Positions 12,599 through 24,467 of a DNA stretch of 64,000 bases are shown here, piece after piece; within the stretch, counting starts at the first letter, position 1; each line of letters starts with the position of its first letter. Location of the stretch: positions 67,022,001 through 67,086,000 of the forward strand of contig OZ024746.1 in NCBI GenBank assembly GCA_964016885.1, written 5' to 3'. Made by a program: the position numbers and the translations under genes. The DNA is from Eledone cirrhosa (taxonomy: Eukaryota). A model generated the notes under the pieces. The model was not told the origin of the DNA. It made no database searches and was given only the letters and a program-made list of their open reading frames with translations.

Positions 12599-15500
12599 TG
12601 CGACCTACGTAGGAAATCGTATTATCGTGAGCTCCACAAAGGTTTGTTGTTTTCAAATTGCCAGTTAGGGAAAATGTTGTTGTTAAGTGTTTATAATTCA
12701 CATATATTGCTTTCTGAAAAGGATACTCAATAATATTGGGGCCTTGAGCCCAAAATTTAAACTTTATTTTATCAAAAAATCATTTCTTTGAAAAAAAAAA
12801 CATGGACGGCATTCAGCCACCTAAATCTGCCGACAGCGTTTCTAACAGACTAACATCTCTCACCACCACCAACATTGTAAACCTTGCTACGGTTGCTAAC
12901 ACTGAAAATATAAGTAATAGAAGTGGCAATTATTCAGATTTGTCACATGCAGACATGGATTTCACAACATTACCAATGTCTACAGGTGTTACAGCCGCCA
13001 TCTCCACCACCACAATGTCAAAAAGAACAAACACCACCACTGATACCACCACCACCACAGCAACAACTGAAACAATAAATAAATTATTATCTCGTGATAT
13101 CGAAATGGATGCTCCCAAAATCGACTCTTCCACGCCGAACGCCACTGACACCAACACCTCCACCATCACCACACCTGAAACTAAAAATAATAATAACAAA
13201 AATAACAATGACAACAACAGCAACAATAAGAATAAGAACAACAACATCAACACCAGCGCAAAATCGAATGTGTAGTTTGCTAAAGCGGCAAACAAAAATG
13301 AAATGGTGGAGGTAAGCCGGGAAAAAATGAATGAAGTCCAGCGAATGGTAAAAAAATATGGTTACAGGGTCAAAAAGCTTTGGGATACGTGTAGTCTCAC
13401 AAAACCCACATCAGACGTAGGCAAACATATGGAACCGTGGACGTGTTCTTTGGAACCCCACATGAAGCCAGAGAGCACTCCATGGTCCCATTAAAAAGTG
13501 ACGAGTTCACATTCGCACCAATCTATTGTGGTCAGAGGCTGGTGAGGATCAGGATGACCGAGGTTCAGCCGGCCATTGAAATTCACTGGCTAATGGCTGC
13601 CGTCCTCGCCGACATCGAGACCGACAGTAAAGTAATTGAGGTGATAAAAGTAAAGTAGAACTGGTCCGGATCTGGGATGGAACGCCTGATCCAAGCGGAC
13701 CAAAAAAACATACAAGAAATTCCAGAGAAGATAGAATTCAATGACGGCACCAATCTCAGCGTAATTGTTGAGGGTAGAAGGCCTAGGTTTGTCGTTTGTG
13801 GCGAAGGAACCCACCTAAAGGCTTTCTGCCCTCAGGCTAAAAAGTTGAGGCCATCTCTCCTACTCACACCAGTGACTCAACCATCAAAACCAGCAGCGGA
13901 AACGGCAGCAACAACTGTAGCAGCAACAACAAAAGCAACTGTAGCAGCAACAACCCCAGCAACTGTAGCAAAACCAACATCACCACCACCCACCGCGCCA
14001 GAATTAGCACCAGCGCCTCCACCATCCACCACTCCACAAACAAAACCAACGCCTGTGGAGGACTTTCCACTCCCCGACCTATCGTACCTAGAGACAGATT
14101 GTGACGATAATGAGAAATGGGAAATTGTATCTCGAAAGAAAAGAAAAAAAAAGAAACCAAAAAAGAAAAAATCCTCTCCCTTCGACCTCCCCCCCCCCAA
14201 AAAATGCAGGGCGAAACAAACAAACTAACAAAAACGTTAAGACATCTATGTCACCACGCACACCAGCATCACCAGCCCCATCACCACAAACACCAACACC
14301 ATCACCATCATTAACCCCAACACCACAATCACCAACACCACAAAAATCACCAACAAGCGAAATAGAAACAAACCCACAACAAACGCAAACAAAACAAAGC
14401 AACCAAAACGATACACACTACACAGCATTAAATTTGAACAACAACCAATTATTACACTACATACAACACAACACCAGCATCACAGAAAAAGACTATACAA
14501 CACCCAAAAAATTTACACCACCCCCACACATAAAAATCACTCGCATCACACAGAAAACGTACACGACACTAAAATTAATATTCCCCAAGGACATCGGAGA
14601 CTTCCGTCAAACACTCTCCATGAGGATTTATAAAGACATCCTTCCGGAGGGGGCCACAAACAGTGAGAAGGACGGAAAAACCATCTTTCCCCCACAAGAA
14701 GTGAGGTAAGTGGTGTTTCCCATCTTTTTCCACTCCTTTTCAACATGATCTTACTCAGAATAGGCAGCATAAATGCGTGTGGTCTGGGGTCGTCATAGAA
14801 GCAGGGCCACCAGTTCAACGACCTCAGATCACTAAATATAGATGTGGTAGCCATCAGCGAGACTAGAAGGCCGGGGCCTATGGACAACTTTCATAAATCC
14901 CTGGCTTGGCAGTGCTACCGGGGAGCGTTGCCGGTTCGAGATAAGCTCTACAGGCACGGAGTTGCTGTCAGCTGAGTCTGTCCGAGATGCGCGCAGGGCG
15001 ACAAAACCGTCCTGCACACACTCGTTCAGTGCCCGAGGATTGCTGACTTGTGGAACTATGTCGAACAGCTGCTGACGCGTGTAGGACGGATCCGGATATT
15101 GACTGAGTCCATTTTGCAGATAGCCCCGCCATCCTCCTTTAAATAGGAGGAAGGGCAGGCAGTTTCCATCTGCCTGGTGGCCATGGCGAAAGAGATTGTG
15201 TGGTGGACCTTCGGCCAATCTCGGATTAACTTTTTCTAGTTTCACTTGAAGCGGAAAATCAGGGTGGAGAGGAAAGTGCTGTCTTTTAGTAAGTTTGTTG
15301 AAAGGTGGGTGAAAGTGGCGAGTCTGAACGAGCCCGCTCTGAGTATGCGCCTGTAGACTGAGGGGTGGGAAAACTGAGAGAGGGCGCTTGCCCTGGTGGT
15401 CAGACTGGCCGTGGTTTTTTGTATGGCTTTCGCCACGAGTGACCCACGGAGGTTTGAATTTTTTGGATTTCTGGCCCGATTCTGTTATAACCTTTTTACA

Positions 15501-15612
15501 TGACGAAAACCCACTTTGTATTGTCCTGTACTGTTCTGTGCCGTCTCTAATGATTTTTTTCATGTTAGCCCTTGTAGACAATAAAGAAACCATTATTATT
15601 ATTATTATTATA
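12599..15612 (+). mobile_element. Tx1-like copy B, head-to-tail behind copy A, with most of ORF2 deleted
   Basis: 5' end tgcgacctacgtag begins in A's (ATT)n tail. Disrupted ORF1 spans 12802-14709. The ORF2 start (about 14745) is fused at 14868/14869 to the GPMDNF C-terminal region. Ends with AATAAA and (ATT)n. Confidence 0.9.
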
Positions 15613-15616
15613 TAAA

Positions 15617-15820
15617 GGGCGGTGAATTGGCAGTATTGGTAGAAGGGTCGGACATGCTTTCCAGCGTAGTTACGTCCCTTTACGCTCTGAGTTCAAATCC
15701 CGCCGAGGTTAACTTTGCCTTTCATCCTTACGGGGTCGATAAAATAAAGTACCAGTAATGTACTGGGTAATAGCTGGCCTTGTGCCAAAAGTAGAAACAA
15801 TTATTATTATTATTATTATT
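15617..15820 (+). mobile_element. SINE S1 directly after the Tx1 copy B tail
   Basis: A and B boxes, S1 core, and 3' end ggccttgtgccaaaagtagaaacaa(tta)n. Confidence 0.88.
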
Positions 15821-15859
15821 AGTAGTAGTAGTAGTAGTAATAGTAGTAGTAGTAGTAGT

Positions 15860-16030
15860 ATACAGAAAGTCGGACAACATACCTTGCGGCATAGAGTTAC
15901 GGTCCTTTACCTTCTGAGATCAAATCCGGCCTTTCATTCTTACGGGGTCAATAAAATAAAGCACCAGTTAAGCACCGGGGACGATTTAATTGACTTTTCA
16001 CTCTCCTTAAAATATCTAGCCTTGTAGTAG
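15860..16030 (+). mobile_element. 5'-truncated, diverged SINE S1
   Basis: Core gcctttcattcttacggggtcaataaaataaagcaccag is recognisable. Confidence 0.7.
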
Positions 16031-19000
16031 TAATAACAAATATCTAGCCTTGTAGTAGTATAAAAAATAATAATTGTTTCGACATTTTGTCGAAACAATT
16101 ATTATTTTTATTACTACAACCTTTTCTTCTTTTCGATAAAATAAATTACCAGTAATGTATAGGGTCCAGTTTAATAGGCGTTCCTTTCTTAACAAAATGT
16201 TGGCGTTGTACTTTAATTAGAAAACATTGTGGATTGGCAGTATCTGTAGATTTAGTGACCAAATTTGGTCAATTTAGTTGCAGGGATTAGTTTAGATTTT
16301 GGGACCCTAGAGTACCACCAAATTCTCCTCCTCTCTATATCTATCACAAAATCTATTTTAATCCCCCTCTCAATATCTTCCACGATACCGAGTCTCTTAT
16401 CCCCTCTGTATATATACTGTACGGAACTCTCTTCAAACAATTTCTGTATATCAATTAACACCTCACTCTCCCCCTCTCTATATCTATTACGCAGACCTCG
16501 TTTTCAATATCCCTCTCTATATCTATTACAGAACTCTTTTTCAATACCCCTCTCTATATCAATTAATGTTTTATTTAATTGCAATTTGGGATTCGAGCTC
16601 TAATTTCATAAGATACCCTCTCCGTTGTAATGGTATGTAACTCAAAGCTCCGATAAAAACTGGAATTATTTTCACGCTGTTGACTATTATTTAACACAAA
16701 CATAAGATTTCGTTCTTCGAGTCAGGATGTTCCTTTTTTTTGTTTGTTTGTTTTTCCTTCAGTTTCTACGTTGTGGTCTCCTGGGGTTGTAGCATCAATT
16801 ATCTGACATTCACGCCTAATTCTGTTCGTAACTACAATATCAGGTCTATAATAATCAATAGATTAAGTCCCTCTAATAGTGACATATGTGAATTGCATGA
16901 AGTTTATAAGCTATTGTAATTGTAGATAACTGAGCATGTCTTCAACTCTCATGACCTATATATCTCAGGCTGGTGAGCCCGAAGGACGAAGAAAACAAAC
17001 GGTAGGCACCAAGGCAAGCAAGACAGAGCCTAGTGAACCCGAAGGATGAAGCGAACGAGCGGTTTGCACAACAGCGAGCAATGCAGAGTATAGCCAAGCC
17101 AAAGGAAGAAAATAGTTTTTTCTCACATGGACTACCTGAAATTGGCATTATTTCTTCATACTTGTATATAGGGAATGAGTCATAAAGTGGATTTAGTTGG
17201 ATATGGCGATTTATGTCGGTAGGAAGTCTCTGCTAAATCGAGATTAAGAATCCGATTTAATTCCAGAATATTATTGTTTCATTAAGCTTTACTAATAACC
17301 TTATGAAAGACACGAAATCACCGTTGTGAATTCTGTATGTCTGATCATGCATTAAGTGATAAATACCACGAAACTCACGCCACTCAGAGTTTATAGTACT
17401 ATTCATTTTAATGCCAATTAATTATGTTCCCTTTACATATCTTATAACACTAAGCTGCGAATGTCTGTAGAAATCCTAGCGAATTTCATCACTTTATTAC
17501 TCATCTTTTATTGCTAGTTCTCGGAATTAATGTCTACTTAAGAAGATTAGGTGTCGAAAAAACTATCATATGAAACATTTGGCTTTAAATAATATTTAAT
17601 TTTTCCACGTTCTTTCCATTCAGTGTTGCCATATATAATTTTACATCAAATTAATGTATAAGTATGTGTTCGATGCTTACGCACAAGGATATATCCGAAG
17701 AAGCGTCACTAACAATGTAATTCAAATCCTACCTCTAAAGAAGTGGCGTTTAAAAGTTACAATCTGGAGCTGCAATCTATTTAATCTCTTAGACTATAAA
17801 AATGCAAACGTTGAAGAAGAATTTTACGAACCGGTAGATCTCATAAAACACTGTGATCTAATTTGCTTGTTGTTTATGTGAAATGTGTGGTCAGCGAATA
17901 TTTCAGTCTTTAACGAAAGGAAATAAGTCATTAACATTTGATTCCAGTAATCCTCATTATTCTGTGATGAACATGAAACTAATAAATAAACAATAATGTG
18001 AGAGATCATGTCAATATTTTTTATACGTCACGAACATCAAGATTGATATAAAAATAAATGATGAATGAATCAAGCATTATAGCGTACAATTTCCTATGAC
18101 ATGCAACATCTTGACAAGTTCAACACCCCGTTGAATTTCATACCCAATTCGAGGCGAAAAAACATAAAATTTTATTTAAAATCATTTTTTCAAAATATTA
18201 ATATCGGTATATATAACCGTATTTGACCTTAACATTGTTCATTATGTTAATATATGAGCAATTGTTTCCAGCATGTAATATAGTAAAAAATAATCTATGA
18301 CTTGATATATGAACTGAAACACTGTATCTGTTTCTTTTTCATTTAATTAAAACGTTGCAGACAAGACAGTCCAGTAATATTTTGTTTTAAATCTTACTGA
18401 ATCTAGAACGATATCTAGTCTACATCCACTCTTTTCATGACGGTGCTATGAGATTTAAGGTGGATGTACCACAATTTTTATCAGATCTAGAGGAAAAAAA
18501 AAGCTGAATCCCTCTTGGTATTGCTATATCTTTGATTGTGAATCTGTATAGAAAAGGAGATGATGAAGGATCCAATGAAACTTGCATTTCCATGAAACGA
18601 CAAAGAACTGCTTAATTCTCTGAAAAAGCGATTCAAATGCCGATGTACGTTTCAAGGTTTCAAGGTCACTAAATAATCGTTCCGGTAAAAGAGGTGAATG
18701 ACAACCAGTTAGACCCAGTTGAAGGAGAAGGTGCATAATCGCGGCTAGAGCACTGTTGAGATGGATGGGTTTCTTTCGGATATGGGAAGATGAAAATAGA
18801 GAGAGGAGTTTGACACACAAACTTTCACATCCAATTGAGTTAGAGTGTGTGCGCATGTATGCGTGAGAAAGATCGACATTCTCCATTTGCAATTTTGCAA
18901 GTATGATAAACACATAGGAGCTAGTGGACATAGTAAACAGAAAAGAGCCAACATACGCAAATTTGAAAGTAATGTAGTTATCAAAACATTTGTATTTACT

Positions 19001-19530
19001 ATCTCGCTCGCTCTCAATTTATACACCCGTATTTACATTACTTAGTAATTAAACATAGACATTTTAAAAGATTTCTAATTACCGTTGAAAGACACATGAA
19101 AAAATGATGTGAATAATTCAATATTTACAAAAAATGTATTTATATTTCATTTTAAATATTGTTTTCAATTCCAGATATAACATTTTAATATATCTTATTA
19201 GTAATATATATCTAAGAAATCTTGATTATATAAATCGGAAATATAACAGAACGTTATTCATTTCTGATTGTACTGATGTTTTCAAATGTTGTACTCATTT
19301 TATCAAGCTCTTTTTTGTCAAAACATTTTGCTTCGGGACATCAACACGAACACGAACGCACACTCTTCTTGGCTGTAATTTCTAGCAGTTTGAATCGGTC
19401 GTTATTTGTTGCTGTTCTTAGTAAGACGCTTGTTTTGACTTGTTTATGAGTACATGTGTGTATATGTGTGTGTTTGTGTGTGTGTGTGTGCGTGTGTGTA
19501 TGTGTGTGTGTGTATATGTGTGTGTGTGTA

Positions 19531-19582
<52 letters not shown>

Positions 19583-19876
19583 CGTGTGTAAACGCACGCG
19601 TGTGTGTATGCGGGCGACGTTCACGTGCGTGAATGTATCTGACCGCTATGCCGGTTTCTCTAATAACGAAATGAGAGAAAGTGTATGGGAGTAAGAAAGT
19701 AGAATCTGAAGCAATAGTTCCTCACTGTTTAACTATCAGTCAGCCCTGTAGTTCCAATGAAGAAAGACAAAATACCATTTTTAATAGCAAGAATTGTAGT
19801 TCTTCAAATTTTAGGGGAAAATATATCTAAGAATTGATTGATCATAGAGGTTTCGTTCATGATAGAATACTTGAGG

Positions 19877-19921
<45 letters not shown>

Positions 19922-20057
19922 ATCCAATATCAATAAATACACCAGGATTTTTTAATTCTGATGATTGAAAGCAACATTTTTTGCTTTTAAGAAACCACTG
20001 GTAAATGGAATAATTGCCTTATGTTGTTTATTACATAACTATATATATATATATATA

Positions 20058-20228
20058 CAATGATATTAAATAAATGGCAACTATATTTATAAAACCATAT
20101 TTATTTAATTATATATATTTCAAGGGTACTAAAACACTTAGGTACTTAGTGTTTTGGTGCCCTTGAAATATATATAATAAAATAAATATGGTTTTATAAA
20201 TATAGTTTCCATTTATTTAATATCATTG
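20058..20228. repeat. About 170-bp fold-back palindrome of a PLE-like terminal sequence
   Basis: The arms are near reverse complements. The right arm matches 62063-62125. Confidence 0.85.
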
Positions 20229-20357
20229 AATATTTGCTTCAGAAACTTGTCGATTGCTCTAAATCAGTTCTAAACATTTATATTTATCGGATTTCCAACA
20301 AATTAAATATCCCTTCTACTTTTATATATATATGAGGGCGGGGGGGGGGGGGGTAGT

Positions 20358-20443
<86 letters not shown>

Positions 20444-20446
20444 TTG

Positions 20447-20478
<32 letters not shown>

Positions 20479-20929
20479 CATATACATTACATGTTCTTTT
20501 GAAATAAATTCATTGATCAATAAGCCATGGCGTTTACTGAAGTATACGGCATGGCATATTGTTTAATCTTCAGGCGGCTTTTAGCCAGCCAGTCCGAAAT
20601 ACTTTTGTCACATATGTTGAAAGTAGCTTTCCAGTTATGAGTCATTTTCTTTGAAGATAGAATACCATTAGCTTTATATATATAACTACACACTTGAATC
20701 CTGCTTTGATGAATCGGCCTGCATTTAACTATAATTTATTTCAGACAAATAGTTTAAGCCATAATGTTATCTTTTCTAGCTACGAACGTCTAGTGATCGG
20801 ATTGCCTACAACAATTCTTCGTTGGGACCTTTCATTCTAACAAATCTATATGTGAAAATATAATAAAACCTAACATAACGAAATCTACCTAGTTGCAATA
20901 TTGTCCTATACTTTTATAAACTTTGATAT

Positions 20930-21648
20930 GCATACATACACATACATACATTCATACATAATACTTACATACATAATGGCTGCCCCCTCGATATGGAGTA
21001 TGGCCATTGCATGATATAACATTATTAATAATTATCAATTAATTCTATCGGGCAATACCTGTGCATGAAGATTTTTTTTAAAGTGAGGAAAGACTGTGCA
21101 CTGAGCCAATCCCCTTATCTGAGCGACTGTAGCTATAACCCCAAAAGAAGAAAAGATCATAATCATCGGTAACGACTGAGCCACAGGTTTTATGTCGGTG
21201 TTATTACAGTTTCCTGAGTTGCCTTCTCCGAGAAGAATGCCCTGACAAAGGCTAGGGGGTCCTTCACTCCCAGTGATTTAACTGCGCGATCGAGTATCCA
21301 GCCCGATTATTTCTATGTCGCCACGCATATACATACACATGCATACAGGTATATACATATATACACATTTTTGGATGGCTGTTGACTCTCATGAGTTCTT
21401 TCGCCCTTTGACAGGTTTTGTTTTTGTCGTGCAGGGTGTCCAAAATCACTCTCCACACCAAGCTGATTTGGTAGGGTTGCTGGTTTAGTCGCCGACGACA
21501 CAACCATGCGCAGGTTGTACTGGGTTACATGTAACCAGTAGCACTCAAGAGTGACCGACATACATACATACACACATACATACATACATACATAGATACA
21601 TACATGCATGATGGCTACCCCCTCGTTATCGAGTATGGCCATTGCACA
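20930..21648 (-). mobile_element. Cluster of RTE-like non-autonomous element ends separated by (ATGT)n tracts
   Basis: 3' ends at 21606-21645 and 20975-21010. The 5' part at 21370-21545 is homologous to 4821-4990. Confidence 0.55.
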
Positions 21649-22025
21649 AGAAAAAAACACAAAAAAAAACAAAAACAAGAAACATAATAATAATAATAAT
21701 ATTAATAATAATAATAATAATAATGATTTCTTTATTAACCACAAGGGTTTACATAAAGTAGACATTAAGGACAGTGCAGGACAATGCAGGGCGGTACAAA
21801 TGGGCATTTCTGCGTGTAAAAAACAAAAACAGAGGATGTAACAAAAAATAACAATGAAAAATTCCCCAATAGGGGGGAGACTTCGGAGGGACATTTGTGG
21901 AGAAAGCCCAGTAAAAGGCCACAGTGACGTTGACCACCAAGGCAAGTGTCCTCTCCCAGTTTTCCACCTTTAATTTACAGATATATACTCAGAGTAGGCC
22001 CATTCACTCGGGCCATTCTTGCTTC

Positions 22026-24443
22026 TCAAACCCATCTTTCAACAAAATGCTGGGAAGAGAGCACTTCCCTCTCTACTCTGATTTTCCTTTTCAAATGAAA
22101 TTTGAAAAAGTCAATCAGAGCATCACCGAAGAGGTAAGTGCTCGTCTTCAGCCCTTTCAAACGTCTCCACCATACTATCTCTTTCGCCATGGCCACCAGA
22201 CAGATAAAAACTGCCTGCCCTTCCCGGCTAAAGGAGGAGGGCGGGGCAATCCTCACGATGGACCCAGATGATAGCCGGATCCGTCCTACACGCGACAGCA
22301 GGTGTTCGACATAAACCCACAAGTCAGCAATTTTCGGACACTGGACGAGTGCGTGCAGGACGGTTTCGTCGCCCTGCGCGCATCTCGGACATGCCCGGCT
22401 GACGGCACCTCCATGCCTGTAGAGTTTATCCCGAACTGGCAAGGCTCCTCGGTAGCACTGCCAGGCCAGAGATTTCTGGAGGTTGTCCATAGGCCCTGGC
22501 CCGAAAGTTCTTCCGAAGAGATTGGCTAGTTGATTTTCGTCGATGCCTAGAGTTTCCCCAAGTACGTCGTCGCTCTTCCCCTCCACTAATCCTCTATAGA
22601 ACGCCGAGGTGGAGTTTCCACCGATCACATTGCCCGGTTGGTCAAGGGCTGTGAGCGCCTGAAGACATTCCAGTCTCCAGGCGCTCCCTCTCGGTCTTCG
22701 CTTGACCCAGGACTGTAGCTCCGTCAAGGAAACGAGCTGGGGAAATACGTGTCTAGCAAACGGCGACCACACCTGATCACCGTTGAGGAAGCGGTGGAGA
22801 TGTCGTAGCCTGAGAGCGTGCCTGCGCATCATCAGCCACGGCATGCCCAGCCCTCCACGTAGCGGGTGTTGACAACAGATGGACCGCCTGACCATCGGAG
22901 CGCGTCCCTTCCACAAAAAGCGAAAGAGCAAACGCTCCAGCGCAGTTAAGCGAGGCTTAGGACAAGGTATGACGGTCAGGCGGGAGCAGATGACAGACGC
23001 GATGTACGCGTTAGCCACCTCCGCTCGACCTTTCAGGGATAGCTTCCTCTCCGCCCATTTGTGGGTGAGAGAAGCCACCCTGCTCGTCACCTTGTCCCAG
23101 TTTTTGTCCGTCTGGAGGTCCAAACCGAACCAGACCCCTAGCAATTTAACCGGTCCGTCCGTCCAGCGTCCGACGACGCTGTTGGACGGCATGGACCTGC
23201 CTCTCCAGGTGCCGAGCTGCAGGCCCACTGACTTTTCCTGGTTGATCATTGCTCCTGTCACCGCTTCGTATTCTCTTAGTGTAGTGCTGATCGTCTCGAT
23301 GTGTTTGGCGTTCGACACCACTACGGTGACATCGTCCGCATATGCTGACACGGATCTTCCGCATCCTAGTTCGCGCGGGACGCCCCTCAACGTCTCTAGT
23401 TTGTGCAGTAATGGCTCGAGAGTCAATACGTACAAGAAGGACGAGAGGGGACATCCTTGGCGGACCGAGCGCATGATGTTGAACGGTTCCGACAGGTGAC
23501 CGTTCACTCTCACCACAGAGCAGATGTCGCTGTGCACGGCAGCGATCCAGCCTCTGAAGACGGGCCCAAAGCCAGCCGGCCTCAGGACTTCCGCTAGGTA
23601 ACGTTGGCCGACCCTATCGAAAGCTTTCGACTGATCTAAATTGATCAAGGACCCACCCGTGCCAGGTTCCCTAGCTACCCTCTCTACGATGTATCGCATG
23701 AGGTGGAGGTTGTCGTGGATGGATCTGTCGGGAATGGCGCATGTCTGCGCCTCTCCCACCAGACCACCAACGACAAGCGCCAACCTCTTTGCTAGCACCT
23801 TGGCCAAAATCTTGAACTCTGTGTTTAGCAGAGTTATGGGCCGGAAATTATCTATGTTATCCCCCTTGTTCGGATCCTTTCTCAGCAGTGCCACCGCTCC
23901 TCGGCTCACAGAACTGGGAATTCTCCCGTTATGTTGCCTGTAGCAGTAGACGTCCGCCAAGAGGCCTCCGAACAAGTCTGGCATCTGTACGTAAAGTTCA
24001 TAGGGCAGACCATCCAAACCAGGCGATTTACCCCTTATGCAGCCAGTCATTGCCTCCCTTACTTCAGCGGCTGTTATCGGCTTTTCGCAACACTTCGCCT
24101 CAGTGGCCGAGAGCCGCGGCAGTCCGTCGAGGTAGACACTAAAGTCCATCCCTCGACCCGGCCCACCGTTCCCCCCGAACAGCTGAGCGAAGTGTCGCAG
24201 AAAAGCTTCACACATTTGCCCGGGATCGAGTAGGATGCGTCCGTCGTGGTCCACCAAAGACCGGATCGTGGCTTTGTTGCCACGACGCGCCTCCGCCACT
24301 CGGGCCCATTGAACGGCTTTCGCCCCCTCGTGTCTGAAAGCACGCACCCTAGCTCTGACAACGCAGCCTTCGTGCTTTGCATTGAAGAATTGGTCAAGGG
24401 CCAATTTCGCCGCAAGTACGTCGGTTTCTCCATCCCTTTTCAC
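22026..24443 (-). CDS. Tx1/L1-type reverse transcriptase ORF (805 aa) lacking the endonuclease domain
   Basis: Uninterrupted KSPGLDG, FRPITLLN, DQSKAFDRV, VRQGCPLS, YADD, and CPRC..H..QC. The N-terminus is a deletion junction, and there is a premature stop about 16 codons early relative to copy A. Confidence 0.88.
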   Translation of the reverse strand: MKRDGETDVLAAKLALDQFFNAKHEGCVVRARVRAFRHEGAKAVQWARVAEARRGNKATIRSLVDHDGRILLDPGQMCEAFLRHFAQLFGGNGGPGRGMDFSVYLDGLPRLSATEAKCCEKPITAAEVREAMTGCIRGKSPGLDGLPYELYVQMPDLFGGLLADVYCYRQHNGRIPSSVSRGAVALLRKDPNKGDNIDNFRPITLLNTEFKILAKVLAKRLALVVGGLVGEAQTCAIPDRSIHDNLHLMRYIVERVAREPGTGGSLINLDQSKAFDRVGQRYLAEVLRPAGFGPVFRGWIAAVHSDICSVVRVNGHLSEPFNIMRSVRQGCPLSSFLYVLTLEPLLHKLETLRGVPRELGCGRSVSAYADDVTVVVSNAKHIETISTTLREYEAVTGAMINQEKSVGLQLGTWRGRSMPSNSVVGRWTDGPVKLLGVWFGLDLQTDKNWDKVTSRVASLTHKWAERKLSLKGRAEVANAYIASVICSRLTVIPCPKPRLTALERLLFRFLWKGRAPMVRRSICCQHPLRGGLGMPWLMMRRHALRLRHLHRFLNGDQVWSPFARHVFPQLVSLTELQSWVKRRPRGSAWRLECLQALTALDQPGNVIGGNSTSAFYRGLVEGKSDDVLGETLGIDENQLANLFGRTFGPGPMDNLQKSLAWQCYRGALPVRDKLYRHGGAVSRACPRCAQGDETVLHALVQCPKIADLWVYVEHLLSRVGRIRLSSGSIVRIAPPSSFSREGQAVFICLVAMAKEIVWWRRLKGLKTSTYLFGDALIDFFKFHLKRKIRVEREVLSSQHFVERWV

Positions 24444-24467
24444 TTGATCGTCTGGTGAAGGGACCGT

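Noticed and set aside
16965-17115. Degenerate 60-bp period repeat (LVSPKDE/LVNPKDE-like)
   Set aside because: Only about 2.5 units and containing a stop. The origin cannot be assigned.
18524-18931. 135-aa minus-strand ORF in unique DNA
   Set aside because: No recognisable motif or supported splice structure. It could be host UTR or exon sequence, but this cannot be supported.
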